Position numbers and translations under genes: made by a program
Notes under the pieces: model-generated
The model's database searches: none
What the model was told of the DNA's origin: nothing
The model's input: only the letters and a program-made list of their open reading frames with translations
Shown: positions 47,865 through 57,562 of the stretch, one piece after another
Layout of the letters: every line of letters begins with the position of its first letter
Position numbering within the stretch: position 1 is the first letter of the stretch
Origin: Eukaryota sp. TZLM1-RC
Taxonomy: Eukaryota; Protista; Metamonada: BaSk clade
Assembly: GCA_040285825.1 (NCBI GenBank)
Contig: JAUPSS010000010.1
Coordinates: forward strand, 186,001-250,000
Direction of reading: 5' to 3'
DNA length: 64,000 bases

Positions 47865-48630
47865 ATCAATGGGGTTGACCTTGATTGTAAAGGCTACACA
47901 ATCCCCACTGTGCGCAGAAATCCATCCAGCTATCGTGGAGGTTACTCCTGGACGAAAGTGGCTGGTATCAAGGTTCGGAATTTTTCCGACATGGTGGTGT
48001 ATTTTTTAGCCTATAAAATGCTGTTACTTTCTGACATGTCAAATCATTATGAATAAAACATGTTTATTTCCACTAACAAATACTAAACCCATAACTCAAC
48101 TATCGAAAGAAAAACGCATTTGAGATCATATCATTCCTCCTCAATGTCCCCCGAAACATAAAGATTTCTGAAATAACAAGGATCGGTAGGACTTCTTCTT
48201 CCAGTGAATAATCTGCTTCTTGGTCCTGCTCGTTGACTGCCTCTGCAATTTTCTCCATTTCTTCCATCATTTTTACTATTTCAGCATTCATCCATATGAA
48301 TAAAAGTCACATATGGCATGTAGGCGTCCTCTCGAATATTCCACTTCATCATAAGCATTGTTAGGGGAAATGTATTCAAACAAAGGGTGTTTGCTACCAG
48401 GCCATGGTATTTGGAACAAAGAAAGGAGAAAGGAATAATGAAATGAAATTGACCACCAAGAAAACCACCATGGTGGCACCAACCACCACGTGGCACCACG
48501 TGGTCCACATGGTGGTAAATTTGAACCACATAATGGTGTCCGTTCACTGGTTAGTATTGTATTCACCAAGTTAACCAAAGTAAAAGTATTCAATTAATTT
48601 TCACCTATTTAGATAAAAGTTTCACCTATT

Positions 48631-49451
48631 TAACCCGTCCCAATTTTTATTTTTATACAGTACCTGAGGGTGTTCCAAATTTATATCTCAAATCAATGGA
48701 AAAGATTCACAAGGTAAAGTGTTTTAGAGTACTTAGATTGATTTAATTATCAGTACAAAATTTCAAAGAATTATTGAACGAATTTTTCGACCTCTATTTC
48801 TGTCGTACACAGCTGCACGATGTTTTTGCGAACTTCTCAAACGTTGTCGAACCCTGTTTCAATTTTTTCGAAAGGGATTCTATTCATGTTCATAGTAGAT
48901 TTGTTTCAATTGATATTTTTTAAAAACTGAAAACAAGTTTGCCAGATCAATACCAGATTATTGATAAATTGAAACAGTTACTGTTGGCTAGAACCCTATA
49001 TTTATTTCATAATCTACATTTCTTTTTACCCAATGTAAAGGTAGATTTGCATTTAATTCAAAGAATTAATTACAGTTTAATGGATGACCTTCTGAAATGT
49101 TTAGGCTCTTGTTTTTGCTTATAGAAGGCAAATTGTTATTTAAAATTGTCGAAGTCACATCCAATTAAGAAGAATTTATTTCCACTTCAGACCTCTGAAA
49201 TACCTGGGCATGCTTTTTGGAACACACAGGCCTCAATCCCAAGACCTTACAGGAGAGCAAAGACTCCAACGGTCCTTAGACATGGATTACTCACTTGCAA
49301 GAGGTGTGGATGTCTATGGAATCGTAATGTCAATGCTGTTTTTAATATGATTCATGTTGAGAATCAGTATCTTTAAGGAAATGAAAGTCTTCAAGTTTTG
49401 AAAAGATCTTGATTCATTTCATCTTCATATTCCAGTAATCTCAACGGGTTA
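48631..49451 (+). mobile_element. Internally deleted Fanzor1-like element
   Basis: NLFPLQTSEIPGHAFWNT is fused to PRPYRR...RHGLLTCKRCGCLWNRNVNAVFNM...LKRS* (ends 49412). Bounded by taacccgt (48631-48638) and acgggtta (49444-49451). Confidence 0.72.
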
Positions 49452-49482
49452 CAACTATTTGACATTTGTGTGCTATTAGCCG

Positions 49483-49809
49483 ATGTCAGTTTCCTTCTGT
49501 CCTTCATGCAGCAACATGCTTAAACCTGAAGTATCTGATGAGAATTTAGTCTTTCTTTGTGGCACATGTTCTACATCTTACAATGCGGAATCCAACATGG
49601 TGTACTCTCACATATTACATCACAAGTATTCTGAAGAGCTTACCTCCAAACGTAAAGCTGAATTTGACCCCAGTGTGTCTAAAACTGACAAACCTTGTAC
49701 AAATTGTGGTTCTCGCTCTGTTGGCTTCACCACTGCCAATGGTCCTGATGAGCAGGTTTTGGTTGTGTATTCATGTAACGATTGTGGTCACACTTGGCAG
49801 CATTTGTAG
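49483..49809 (+). CDS. RPB9: RNA polymerase II subunit RPB9 (two Zn ribbons)
   Basis: FCPSCSNML.P...CGTC; DP...T...CTNCG...YSCNDCGHTW. It lacks the QxRSADE motif of RPA12, RPC11 and TFIIS. Confidence 0.82.
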   Translation: MSVSFCPSCSNMLKPEVSDENLVFLCGTCSTSYNAESNMVYSHILHHKYSEELTSKRKAEFDPSVSKTDKPCTNCGSRSVGFTTANGPDEQVLVVYSCNDCGHTWQHL

Positions 49810-50226
49810 TGATAATCCTTGAATTATGACAATCTTATTAAACATGATGATATTGATTTGTATATTGGAGTTGGATGAGTTGCTCAAGAAGCATTTTTTG
49901 GTGTTAGTCATTATTAAATATTTATCCATTCCTATTTGTTTGCTGATTTAAGCTTTAACATCAATTCATGTCACAACTAAAGCAGCATTGCAAATTCAAC
50001 ACAACTTTGGCTTATAACATTCTTTGAAGTATGATAATACAAGGTAGTGATACAATATACTTTGGATGACGTTGTAGAAGGTGTCGCTTTGTTTTGATCA
50101 ACATTGTTTAAAATATCAATGTTGACAATTTCCAAAAGTTTACTAAAGATATTTTCAATGAAACGAGAAGTTAAACAGATTTTTAAAAAAAACTTCTAAA
50201 AAACTAAGAGAAACTAAACAAGAGAC

Positions 50227-51351
50227 TTACTTCTTGTTCTTCTTTTTCTTTTCTACACATGTCGCCAATAGATCTTTGATATCTTGATCAACAATTTCGT
50301 GAGAAGATGAAACAATATTAGGTTGGGGTACGTTAAACAACTTTTGCGTTTGCTTGGGAAGAATGATTCCAGTCCAGCTGATCTGGGCAACAAAAGAATC
50401 ACTACTCTTAGTTTCTTCAACGGCATAAGGATGGACTAACTGGTTCTTGATCAGTTCGGTCATACCTAAACGTAATTTGGGATCAATATCATCTAGTTGA
50501 CGAAGGGAAAAGGCAAAATCGCTGAAAGTATTAATAATAACATTGAAAGCCTGGCGGGAAGCTTTCATCTTAAGATTATACAGACGTTGGGGATCTCGCT
50601 TGTAAACAGTGGTGCGGAGGGCCGACTGACGAGATTGTCCATCATCATTGGAGACATAAAAAGTCATATGATAGGCAGTGTTTTCTTCGATTTCAAACTC
50701 GTCAACCCTTTGATCAGGTGTGAGAGCATTGGGAATGACACGGTTACCTTCCATATCCCATTGAACGGCTTCATAGGAGATTTGGCCTTGAACAGGAGCA
50801 CAATCAAATTGGCTGGAGACACGACGAATCATTTCCTGGATGTCACTGTTCTTGACGCCTGGACGAAGCATGCGATGAACAGCTTCAGATACAAAGTGGA
50901 CAGCACAAATAGCATCAGCCATAGGACCAGTGACTGGGGTTTCAGGATTGGAAACAACGACCTTGGTCTGACCAGCCTGAGCAGAAATACCGTTGAATTG
51001 AGCAGCAAGATACACTTTGACCATATCTCCTTCTTTGATAGTGATGTCGTCACCCTTGATCGGGGACACATAGTTAACCTGGTTATTGATCTGAATACAA
51101 GTAGGATGAGCAACTCCCTTGATAGTGTCCTTTTTGCGAGAGTAATGAGGAGCACAAAGATCCACAATGGTTGCATCACCTAAACGACAAAGTTCCACCA
51201 CAGACGCACCAGCCTTTACAGCATCGAGGACCACTTCGACCGCACGATTAGCAACTTCAGCGGCCGTCTTATACAACTGAATAGTGTTAGGATCATCAAG
51301 AGTGAGTTCGTGATACTCTTCTTCGCGATCGTATTCTTCGAAATCAGACAT
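50227..51351 (-). CDS. PA2G4: Proliferation-associated protein 2G4 / EBP1 (MetAP-fold, M24 family)
   Basis: YKTAAEVAN..., ELCRLGD, KGVAHPTCI..NN...SP, RTTVYKR...YNLKMKASR, F.LRQL, and a lysine-rich C-terminus KKKKNKK. Confidence 0.92.
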   Translation of the reverse strand: MSDFEEYDREEEYHELTLDDPNTIQLYKTAAEVANRAVEVVLDAVKAGASVVELCRLGDATIVDLCAPHYSRKKDTIKGVAHPTCIQINNQVNYVSPIKGDDITIKEGDMVKVYLAAQFNGISAQAGQTKVVVSNPETPVTGPMADAICAVHFVSEAVHRMLRPGVKNSDIQEMIRRVSSQFDCAPVQGQISYEAVQWDMEGNRVIPNALTPDQRVDEFEIEENTAYHMTFYVSNDDGQSRQSALRTTVYKRDPQRLYNLKMKASRQAFNVIINTFSDFAFSLRQLDDIDPKLRLGMTELIKNQLVHPYAVEETKSSDSFVAQISWTGIILPKQTQKLFNVPQPNIVSSSHEIVDQDIKDLLATCVEKKKKNKK

Positions 51352-51449
51352 CAAGAGGGAAAGACAAAAAGTAGAGGTGTTTTTTTATGATTCTAAACTC
51401 CCTTCATTAATAAACAAAGAGAAGCGTTTCACGGTTTCAGGAAAAAAAT

Positions 51450-52400
51450 ACCCAACAGTTGCTTGTAAAGCCCTTAGTATTTCCAATTATGTTTTGTCAA
51501 AGATTGATGATATGATAAAACATCTCCAGAACCATTATCATTATTACCCACTATGACGGTCAAAATAGTTGAAATATGATTTCCACATTATTATGTTGGT
51601 TTTTAAAACTGCATGAATTACCAATCTAATATTTTGAAAATACTATTACATCTCCATTGAGTAGAACGTTGAAATCTTGGTTAGGTGTCACTGGAACTTT
51701 TAATGTGGATTATCTGTATCTATCCAAATGTAAAGGTGGTCTTGGTTTTCCTGATCTTACCCTATTATAATTCCCTTAAAGAATCAAATCCAGCAATATC
51801 ATATTTTGCAAAAAAATTGATCCTCACTTCGCAAGTTTATTTGAATTAATGAAAGACAGAAGATATTTTTGGAAAGGAAATTTTATCCGATTGTGTTGTT
51901 GTTGAACTTAAATTGATTTAGTAGGTTTGTTTGTATTTCGACTGATGACCTGATACTCGTTTATGAATCAGTTTTATTAATAAACTTAGATTTCTCTCTC
52001 TCCTTCGTGTGTTCATCTGCCTAATGGCATCAATTGAAAAGTTGGAGCATTATTCATTATCAGTTGAAGAAAGCAGTAGATTGACAAATAACCATTACTT
52101 CCAAACTCAAAAATGACGAAATTCAAAGAACCATCGACACATTCATGGAGTTTACAATACAATCTTCATCATCATATAAAACTCAGAAAATATGAACGCT
52201 GATCATCATTGGTTGTACATGTTGATTGATCTACCTTCTAGAATCATTAAGTTTACAATTAATTCTTCTTTGAATGTATTACCTACTGCTGATAACCTTT
52301 ATCGATGGAAAGTTTGTCAGGAATACCTCATGGATCTGAATTATGTATTCACTAGAGCTGCCAATGTTATAGTCATAAGTGCATGAGCAATGACAGTTGG
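51450..52400 (+). pseudogene. Highly degraded non-LTR retrotransposon of a different lineage from the CRE-like families
   Basis: Remnants YLSKCKGGLGFPDL and IKFTINSSLNVLPTADNLYRWK. Confidence 0.5.
51894..52032 (+). repeat. Solo LTR of the 140-bp family
   Basis: TGTTG...GGCATCA, similar to the reverse complement of 62097-62236. 4-bp TSD attg at 51890-51893 and 52033-52036. Confidence 0.92.
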
Positions 52401-53010
52401 GTGAAATGATCAGTTTCCGTTTTGACAGGGAACTATAGAATTTCATTTATTAAAAAATTTCTTGCATCAATAAAAACTACGAAAACGAACAAAAATGATA
52501 AATTGATACTTTAAAATATGGTAATGAAACCACATAATTCATTTTCCTTCTTGAAAAGGTAAATTGTAATGAAGTTTTTCAAATACCAGCAATATTATAT
52601 TCATTCAAGGGTGTTTCTAGTTTTAGTGTGTTTGAATAGGTTAATTTTGTTTTGTCCCAGTATTTTGAAATTGGACTTGTCAAGCAACACATTCGTTGTA
52701 AGAACTACCATTTATATTTACTCCAATTTCATAGACAGTAATCACGCTCAACACTGGTCAACTTTAAACTTATGTTGAGGATTTCTACAAGTTTAAATTT
52801 TTGCATCAATATGCATTCACGTATTAATTCTTCCCTTAAATGTATTACCTACTGATGATAACGTTTACATTCAAAATGTTTAATGAAAAATGCCTGATAA
52901 ATCTGAACTATTGTCTCTGGTGTGTTCATTAAGTCAATTTGGATAAGGTAATTTATGTTTCTTTTCATGCAGTTACCTAAGTTAACAAGTTCTCCAAATC
53001 CGTAAAGGTT

Positions 53011-53307
53011 GACTCCGTTTCTCGAAATTTGTTTTCTCCTGCTAAAAGTGGAAAAAGCCATAAATCTACCACTGACAACAATTATGGCTTAAATAACAGA
53101 ATTCATCATGGCTCGCATGTTGTTTTTCGTTCTTCTATTCAAACAAAAGAGTTGGTTGCTGAATATTCGCAAGAACAAAAAGAAAAAATAGTTCCTTTGA
53201 ATATTGGATTACAATCAAAAAGTGTGAAAGGTTCTAAAAAATGTTCGATTTGTGGTATCAATGGTCATAATTCGAGAACATGCCCTGAAAAACAAAAAAG
53301 AGAAATT
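53011..53307 (+). pseudogene. N-terminal fragment of an A-related CRE element, interrupted by an LTR element
   Basis: SVSRNLFSPA...KGSKKCSICGINGHNSRTCPEKQKRE. Confidence 0.8.
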
Positions 53308-53528
53308 TGTCGGTGCCCTAAGGCTTTTATAATATGAATAGAAAATAAATTATCTTTATCTCAACCACTTTTGCAACCTAAGGCAACAATAATTATTGGC
53401 CGTATTAGGTTATAGGTATACCGCTTACACAACTTACAGCTATCAAACAGAGGATATCTTCAGCAGATATCAGGTCAGTCTCTCCTCGCCAGGACACTGA
53501 CTCTTGTCAATTTTTCAACATTGAACAG

Positions 53529-54542
53529 ATGCTACAGTACGACAGAGATGCTTTTAGCATACCTCCTATCCATCATTATGACTTATTTAGAAGCATGATG
53601 ATTAGTACTTGTCCATCCGGCTTATCAAGCATGGTCGACCCCCATCTCATTTCTAGATGGCAAGGCCAAGGACTTCTAAGACCGGACTTCTCAGACGCTG
53701 ACCTAATGGTTTTTCTGCTACGCAGGACACAATTTTCCTCATATCATGAGGCTTACTCTGCCCTAGCAAAACCTTGTATAAATTGGAGAAACATCCACAA
53801 CAAAGTGGATGCGGACAACGAATTTGGTAGGTTCGTCGAAGATTTTGGAGACGTCCTGAGGATGACCACTTATATGGTTGATCACTCCATATCTGCATCA
53901 ATTAGGGGAAGCAGCGGTTTAATAACCCTCTCACCCGCCCTTATTGCAGAATACTTTCTCTTGGGTATAGATAATTTCGCCATTACCAAGGAGCTGGCAA
54001 GCCATTGGACAAGAGAAGATCTCTGGGACCCTTCAACAGGTACAACTTTGTTAGACCTGATTTCGACCACCAGGAGACACTTTTTAGCTTGGTGCCAAAC
54101 AACAGGAAATAGGCACACCATGGAACTTTTGAGAAAACAAGCTGAACGAGAAGAAGACATCCCATTAGGCCTTTCGACCATGAGAACGTTCTCTAGAGGA
54201 GCAATCCCATCTGGTCCAGGTGCTAAACGTCGCTCGGGAGGCGGATCCAAAGGAACTCCCCAAAACAAATATGTCCCAGAAAGACATGAACGAGAGGGAT
54301 CTAAGTTCTGTACATTCTGTAACGTCACCGAAGGAAATAACCCTATTGGTCACACGCTTTTTGAATGTAAAGACCCCCGTTGTACCAGAAGCAAGGTACC
54401 AAAAGAATTAAGATTTAAGATCGGCGAGGCTGATCAGCCTGCAAGAAGTGGCAGTGTAGTTAGAGGCCGAGGTGGCCGTGGTAGACGTGTTTCTAGGTTT
54501 AGAGGTAGGATCCCTTTTGGCACAATGAAACACCACCTTTGA
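53529..54542 (+). CDS. gag: Gag-like protein (337 aa, internally deleted)
   Basis: Follows a 5' LTR. CTFC(x10)H(x4)C knuckle-like motif and RG-rich tail. PPIHHYDLFRSMM is shared with 57284-57562. Confidence 0.7.
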   Translation: MLQYDRDAFSIPPIHHYDLFRSMMISTCPSGLSSMVDPHLISRWQGQGLLRPDFSDADLMVFLLRRTQFSSYHEAYSALAKPCINWRNIHNKVDADNEFGRFVEDFGDVLRMTTYMVDHSISASIRGSSGLITLSPALIAEYFLLGIDNFAITKELASHWTREDLWDPSTGTTLLDLISTTRRHFLAWCQTTGNRHTMELLRKQAEREEDIPLGLSTMRTFSRGAIPSGPGAKRRSGGGSKGTPQNKYVPERHEREGSKFCTFCNVTEGNNPIGHTLFECKDPRCTRSKVPKELRFKIGEADQPARSGSVVRGRGGRGRRVSRFRGRIPFGTMKHHL

Positions 54543-54645
54543 CGATGATTCTGATTATGAAGATTCAGACTCAATCCACATTTTCGAATCAGCAAAGCAC
54601 CCAGATTTACCCATTTTTTCAAATTGGTTCTCAAAAGTTAGATCA

Positions 54646-55414
54646 CTTAGAATTTATGGACCACTGCAATGAGAATGAGATGTTTTCTATGGCCTTGTTC
54701 TTTACAAAATGATTTAATTTGTCGCTGCAAGAGTGTTGTTACGCTTTCCCATATTTTAAACTGTCAGTATTTTATAACTTATCGCTCAATTGTTCATGAC
54801 TCAGTTCGTGATCAATTATATGCCATGTGCAAAAGTTTCAATATAGAGGCATTTATTGAGCCATTAGTACGTAAGCTGTCTTCAGATCAAACTGATGATT
54901 TCTTTGGTAAAAGAAGGGCAGATTTAGTAGCTCCAGGGATCGATGGTGTTCTCAATGTTGTAGATGTTGTCTCAGTTGATGTTTGCAAAAATTCTGCTGC
55001 TCGTTTAGTGTATTCCGCTGATTCGCCGTTATCTAACACCGAAAAAAAGAAGATAAAAAAATATGAAGAGCCGTTGGCACAGTTAGGTAGAGTGGAACAT
55101 GTGAAATATCACTTTGTGCCGTTTGCAATTTCTCTTTTTGGCAATATTGGACCTTCAGGGTTGCGCTTTTTTGAAAATTTCAAAAAAGTGTTACTGAATA
55201 GGTCTGGTAAAACAATGAATTCCACTTTCTGGTTAAATAGAATTGTTTTTTGCATTTTCAAGTCTATTCCAACAATGATTTCAAAGGCACTTTTAGCTAT
55301 TGGTGTAGAATATGAACGTAATGCTGTGAGTAGGTTCAGTAATAGTGACGCTTGTTTGGAGGATATTGAATTCTAGATAGATTTTTTTTATCTCAATAAA
55401 TATTCCAGTTAAAA
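54646..55414 (+). mobile_element. 5'-truncated family E CRE-like copy inserted into the Gypsy element (ORF 54669-55376)
   Basis: RRADLVAP RLE motif, ends DACLEDIEF*, AATAAA and A-tail. 13-bp TSD aaaagttagatca at 54633-54645 and 55415-55427. Confidence 0.92.
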
Positions 55415-55555
55415 AAAAGTTAGATCAGAGCAACAATTGGTCATTAGCAATAATGATCCATTATTCAAACCGCTACACTATGCAAAAACACAGAAATCTG
55501 GTTAAATGATAATAATAAAATGATAATTCCGACGAAACTAAGGAAGACGGTATTC

Positions 55556-57562
55556 TGTTGGCGCCCTAAGGCTTATATGAATGGAAATTAAATCAGACTT
55601 CTCTTTACTACAATAGACTTTAGGCAACAATAATTATTGGCCATTTCAAAGTCAAAATGTATACCAAAACTCCAGCACTTTACTAGTAAACATCCCCAGA
55701 AACCTTTAAAGCATGTCAGACATCTTTCAGCAAGATATCTCTGACCCCAATTCCTCACCTAACATGCAGCAACAGGAAGCAGCGACACATACACATATAC
55801 ATAACAAAGAGGGTAACGAGGTAACGGACCGGATCCCACCTCCCCCTCCCTAAAAATGAAAGATGAAAGAGTGGACGAGGTTCCTCCATCTTCAGCAATG
55901 GAAGAGGTAACGAGAACGGACCCGGCTCCCCTTCCCCTCCCAATTGTAGAACCTGTCTCAAAGGGAACGGATGGAAATCCCACCTCAGACACGTCTTCCC
56001 CATTAGGAGAATATGAAGAAATTCAATCTCAACTGGATGAAATGGAGGGAGAAGACGACTCTTCCGAGGGGTTCTACAAGTTATTAAGAGAGGATGCGCA
56101 AGCTTACCTCGAACCAACAGATTTCTGTCTGTTCGAGCAGCTTCCTCCTCTGTGGAGTTACAATCATAAAGGGGGCAGATATATTGGTTTCCGGACCCTC
56201 GGTATGGTTGGGGATACCCAAAAGGTATGGAAATTCCCCTCAACGAAAGGAAAGAACTCATAAAGGCTCTTGATAAATTGAGCAGAGCGACGTCCCAAAA
56301 TTTCTGGTATGGACAAAAGAATCAACGAAATGATATCCCTTTCCATCAAAGATAGACTGGATTGGAAGGCCTCCTTCCTAGACCAACACGGCAGGAGAAT
56401 AAGGTTTCTTTCCATCGAGCAGAGAAGTGGGACCGACTCAGAAAACATCCTACAATTCAAAATGCCTGCCTGGTTTGATCCTAACTTTGATACGGAAATC
56501 CATAAATACACGGAGCTGACAGAGGGTGCTCCCACATATTTCAGGGAACTTATGGAGCAGGAGAATAGTAGTGAACAAGACAAGCTTGAACCAGTAACAC
56601 CCTGGTGCGATGCAGACGCTCTGAATAACATTCATACGGAACGATCAGCCGTATCCTCGTATAAGAGCCGTCCTAACAACTACATCCAACAACATGGTAA
56701 CTCGTTCACGAAACAACGAGAGTTTAGACAATGGGTAACGGGAGATCCGTCCACATCTCTCCACCTTCCCAAATTGCCTGTTGTAGCTTCTAAAATTTCT
56801 GAAAAAAGCCAACCAATACAGGTCTGCTCTATCGACAGCATACCCGAACACGTTCCAACAGTGAACGTCCTGGAACCTGTAACAAGACAAGACGTAGCAC
56901 CTCAGAAAGAACCAACTTCCTCCCAACCCATGGAAAGTGAAATTGGAGAAAACATAGAGTTAAACGGGCCAGTCGTTGGAGAAACGGCTCCTCCTCAACC
57001 CTCAGTAAGAAACTCTACTTCCGATAGACCTATGCGTATTGAGGACCTACAATCCTCAAAAAGAGCTATTGACATGAGCATAGCTAGTAGCCTTCATAGA
57101 CAGATTGATCCACGGTCTAAGGATATCGACTATAAAAGACTTCGATTATCCGCTGATGACCCTATCAACAAAATGTCTATCATAGCTTTTCTTTGAAGAT
57201 ATCAAACTTGGGATAAATACGGGCGAAAGATAGCTAATAGAAGCATTGAAGCCCCATGTCAATCAGATTGGACCAGAGCCTTCATGATAGCCACCCAGCT
57301 ATTTGGAGAAGGCCAAGCAGAGATAACCCAAGATAGGATTAAAGATCTCCCCAAACATATACGCGACGAGATCACTAGGGATACAACACAGCCTTTGGTA
57401 AGGATTGACCCAGCTATAACAGATAAGCTCAGACCTCCAATCCACCATTATGATTTATTTAGGAGCATGATGATGAGCACTTGCCCTACAGGAATATCTA
57501 GCATGATCGACCCTAACCTTCTATCTAGATTGCAGAGTCAAGGTTTACTCGGTGTCAATTAG
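55556..57562 (+). mobile_element. Gypsy 5' LTR (74 bp, 55556-55629) and a gag pseudogene (55856-57562, in-frame stops)
   Basis: TGTTGGCGCCCTAAGG...AGGCAACA. ORFs 55856-56263, 56309-57196 and 57284-57562 are all in one frame. Confidence 0.8.

Larger units (their letters stand above)
53308..55555 (+). mobile_element. Internally deleted Gypsy element: 81-bp 5' LTR (53308-53388), partial gag fused to the pre-integrase linker
   Basis: The LTR matches 46828-46908. Remnants DDDSDYED...DLPIFSNWFSKVRS|EQQ...NNDPLF match the pol linker. Confidence 0.82.

Noticed and set aside
50497-51183. 228-aa plus-strand ORF, and similar ORFs opposite SEC61, gag and pol
   Set aside because: These are antisense shadows of well-supported genes, with no motifs of their own.
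46828-53388. The two 81-bp LTRs as ends of one element carrying RPB9 and PA2G4
   Set aside because: The first has a PPT before it (a 3' LTR) and the second has the PBS-position motif and gag after it (a 5' LTR). They belong to separate copies, and no TSD flanks the pair.
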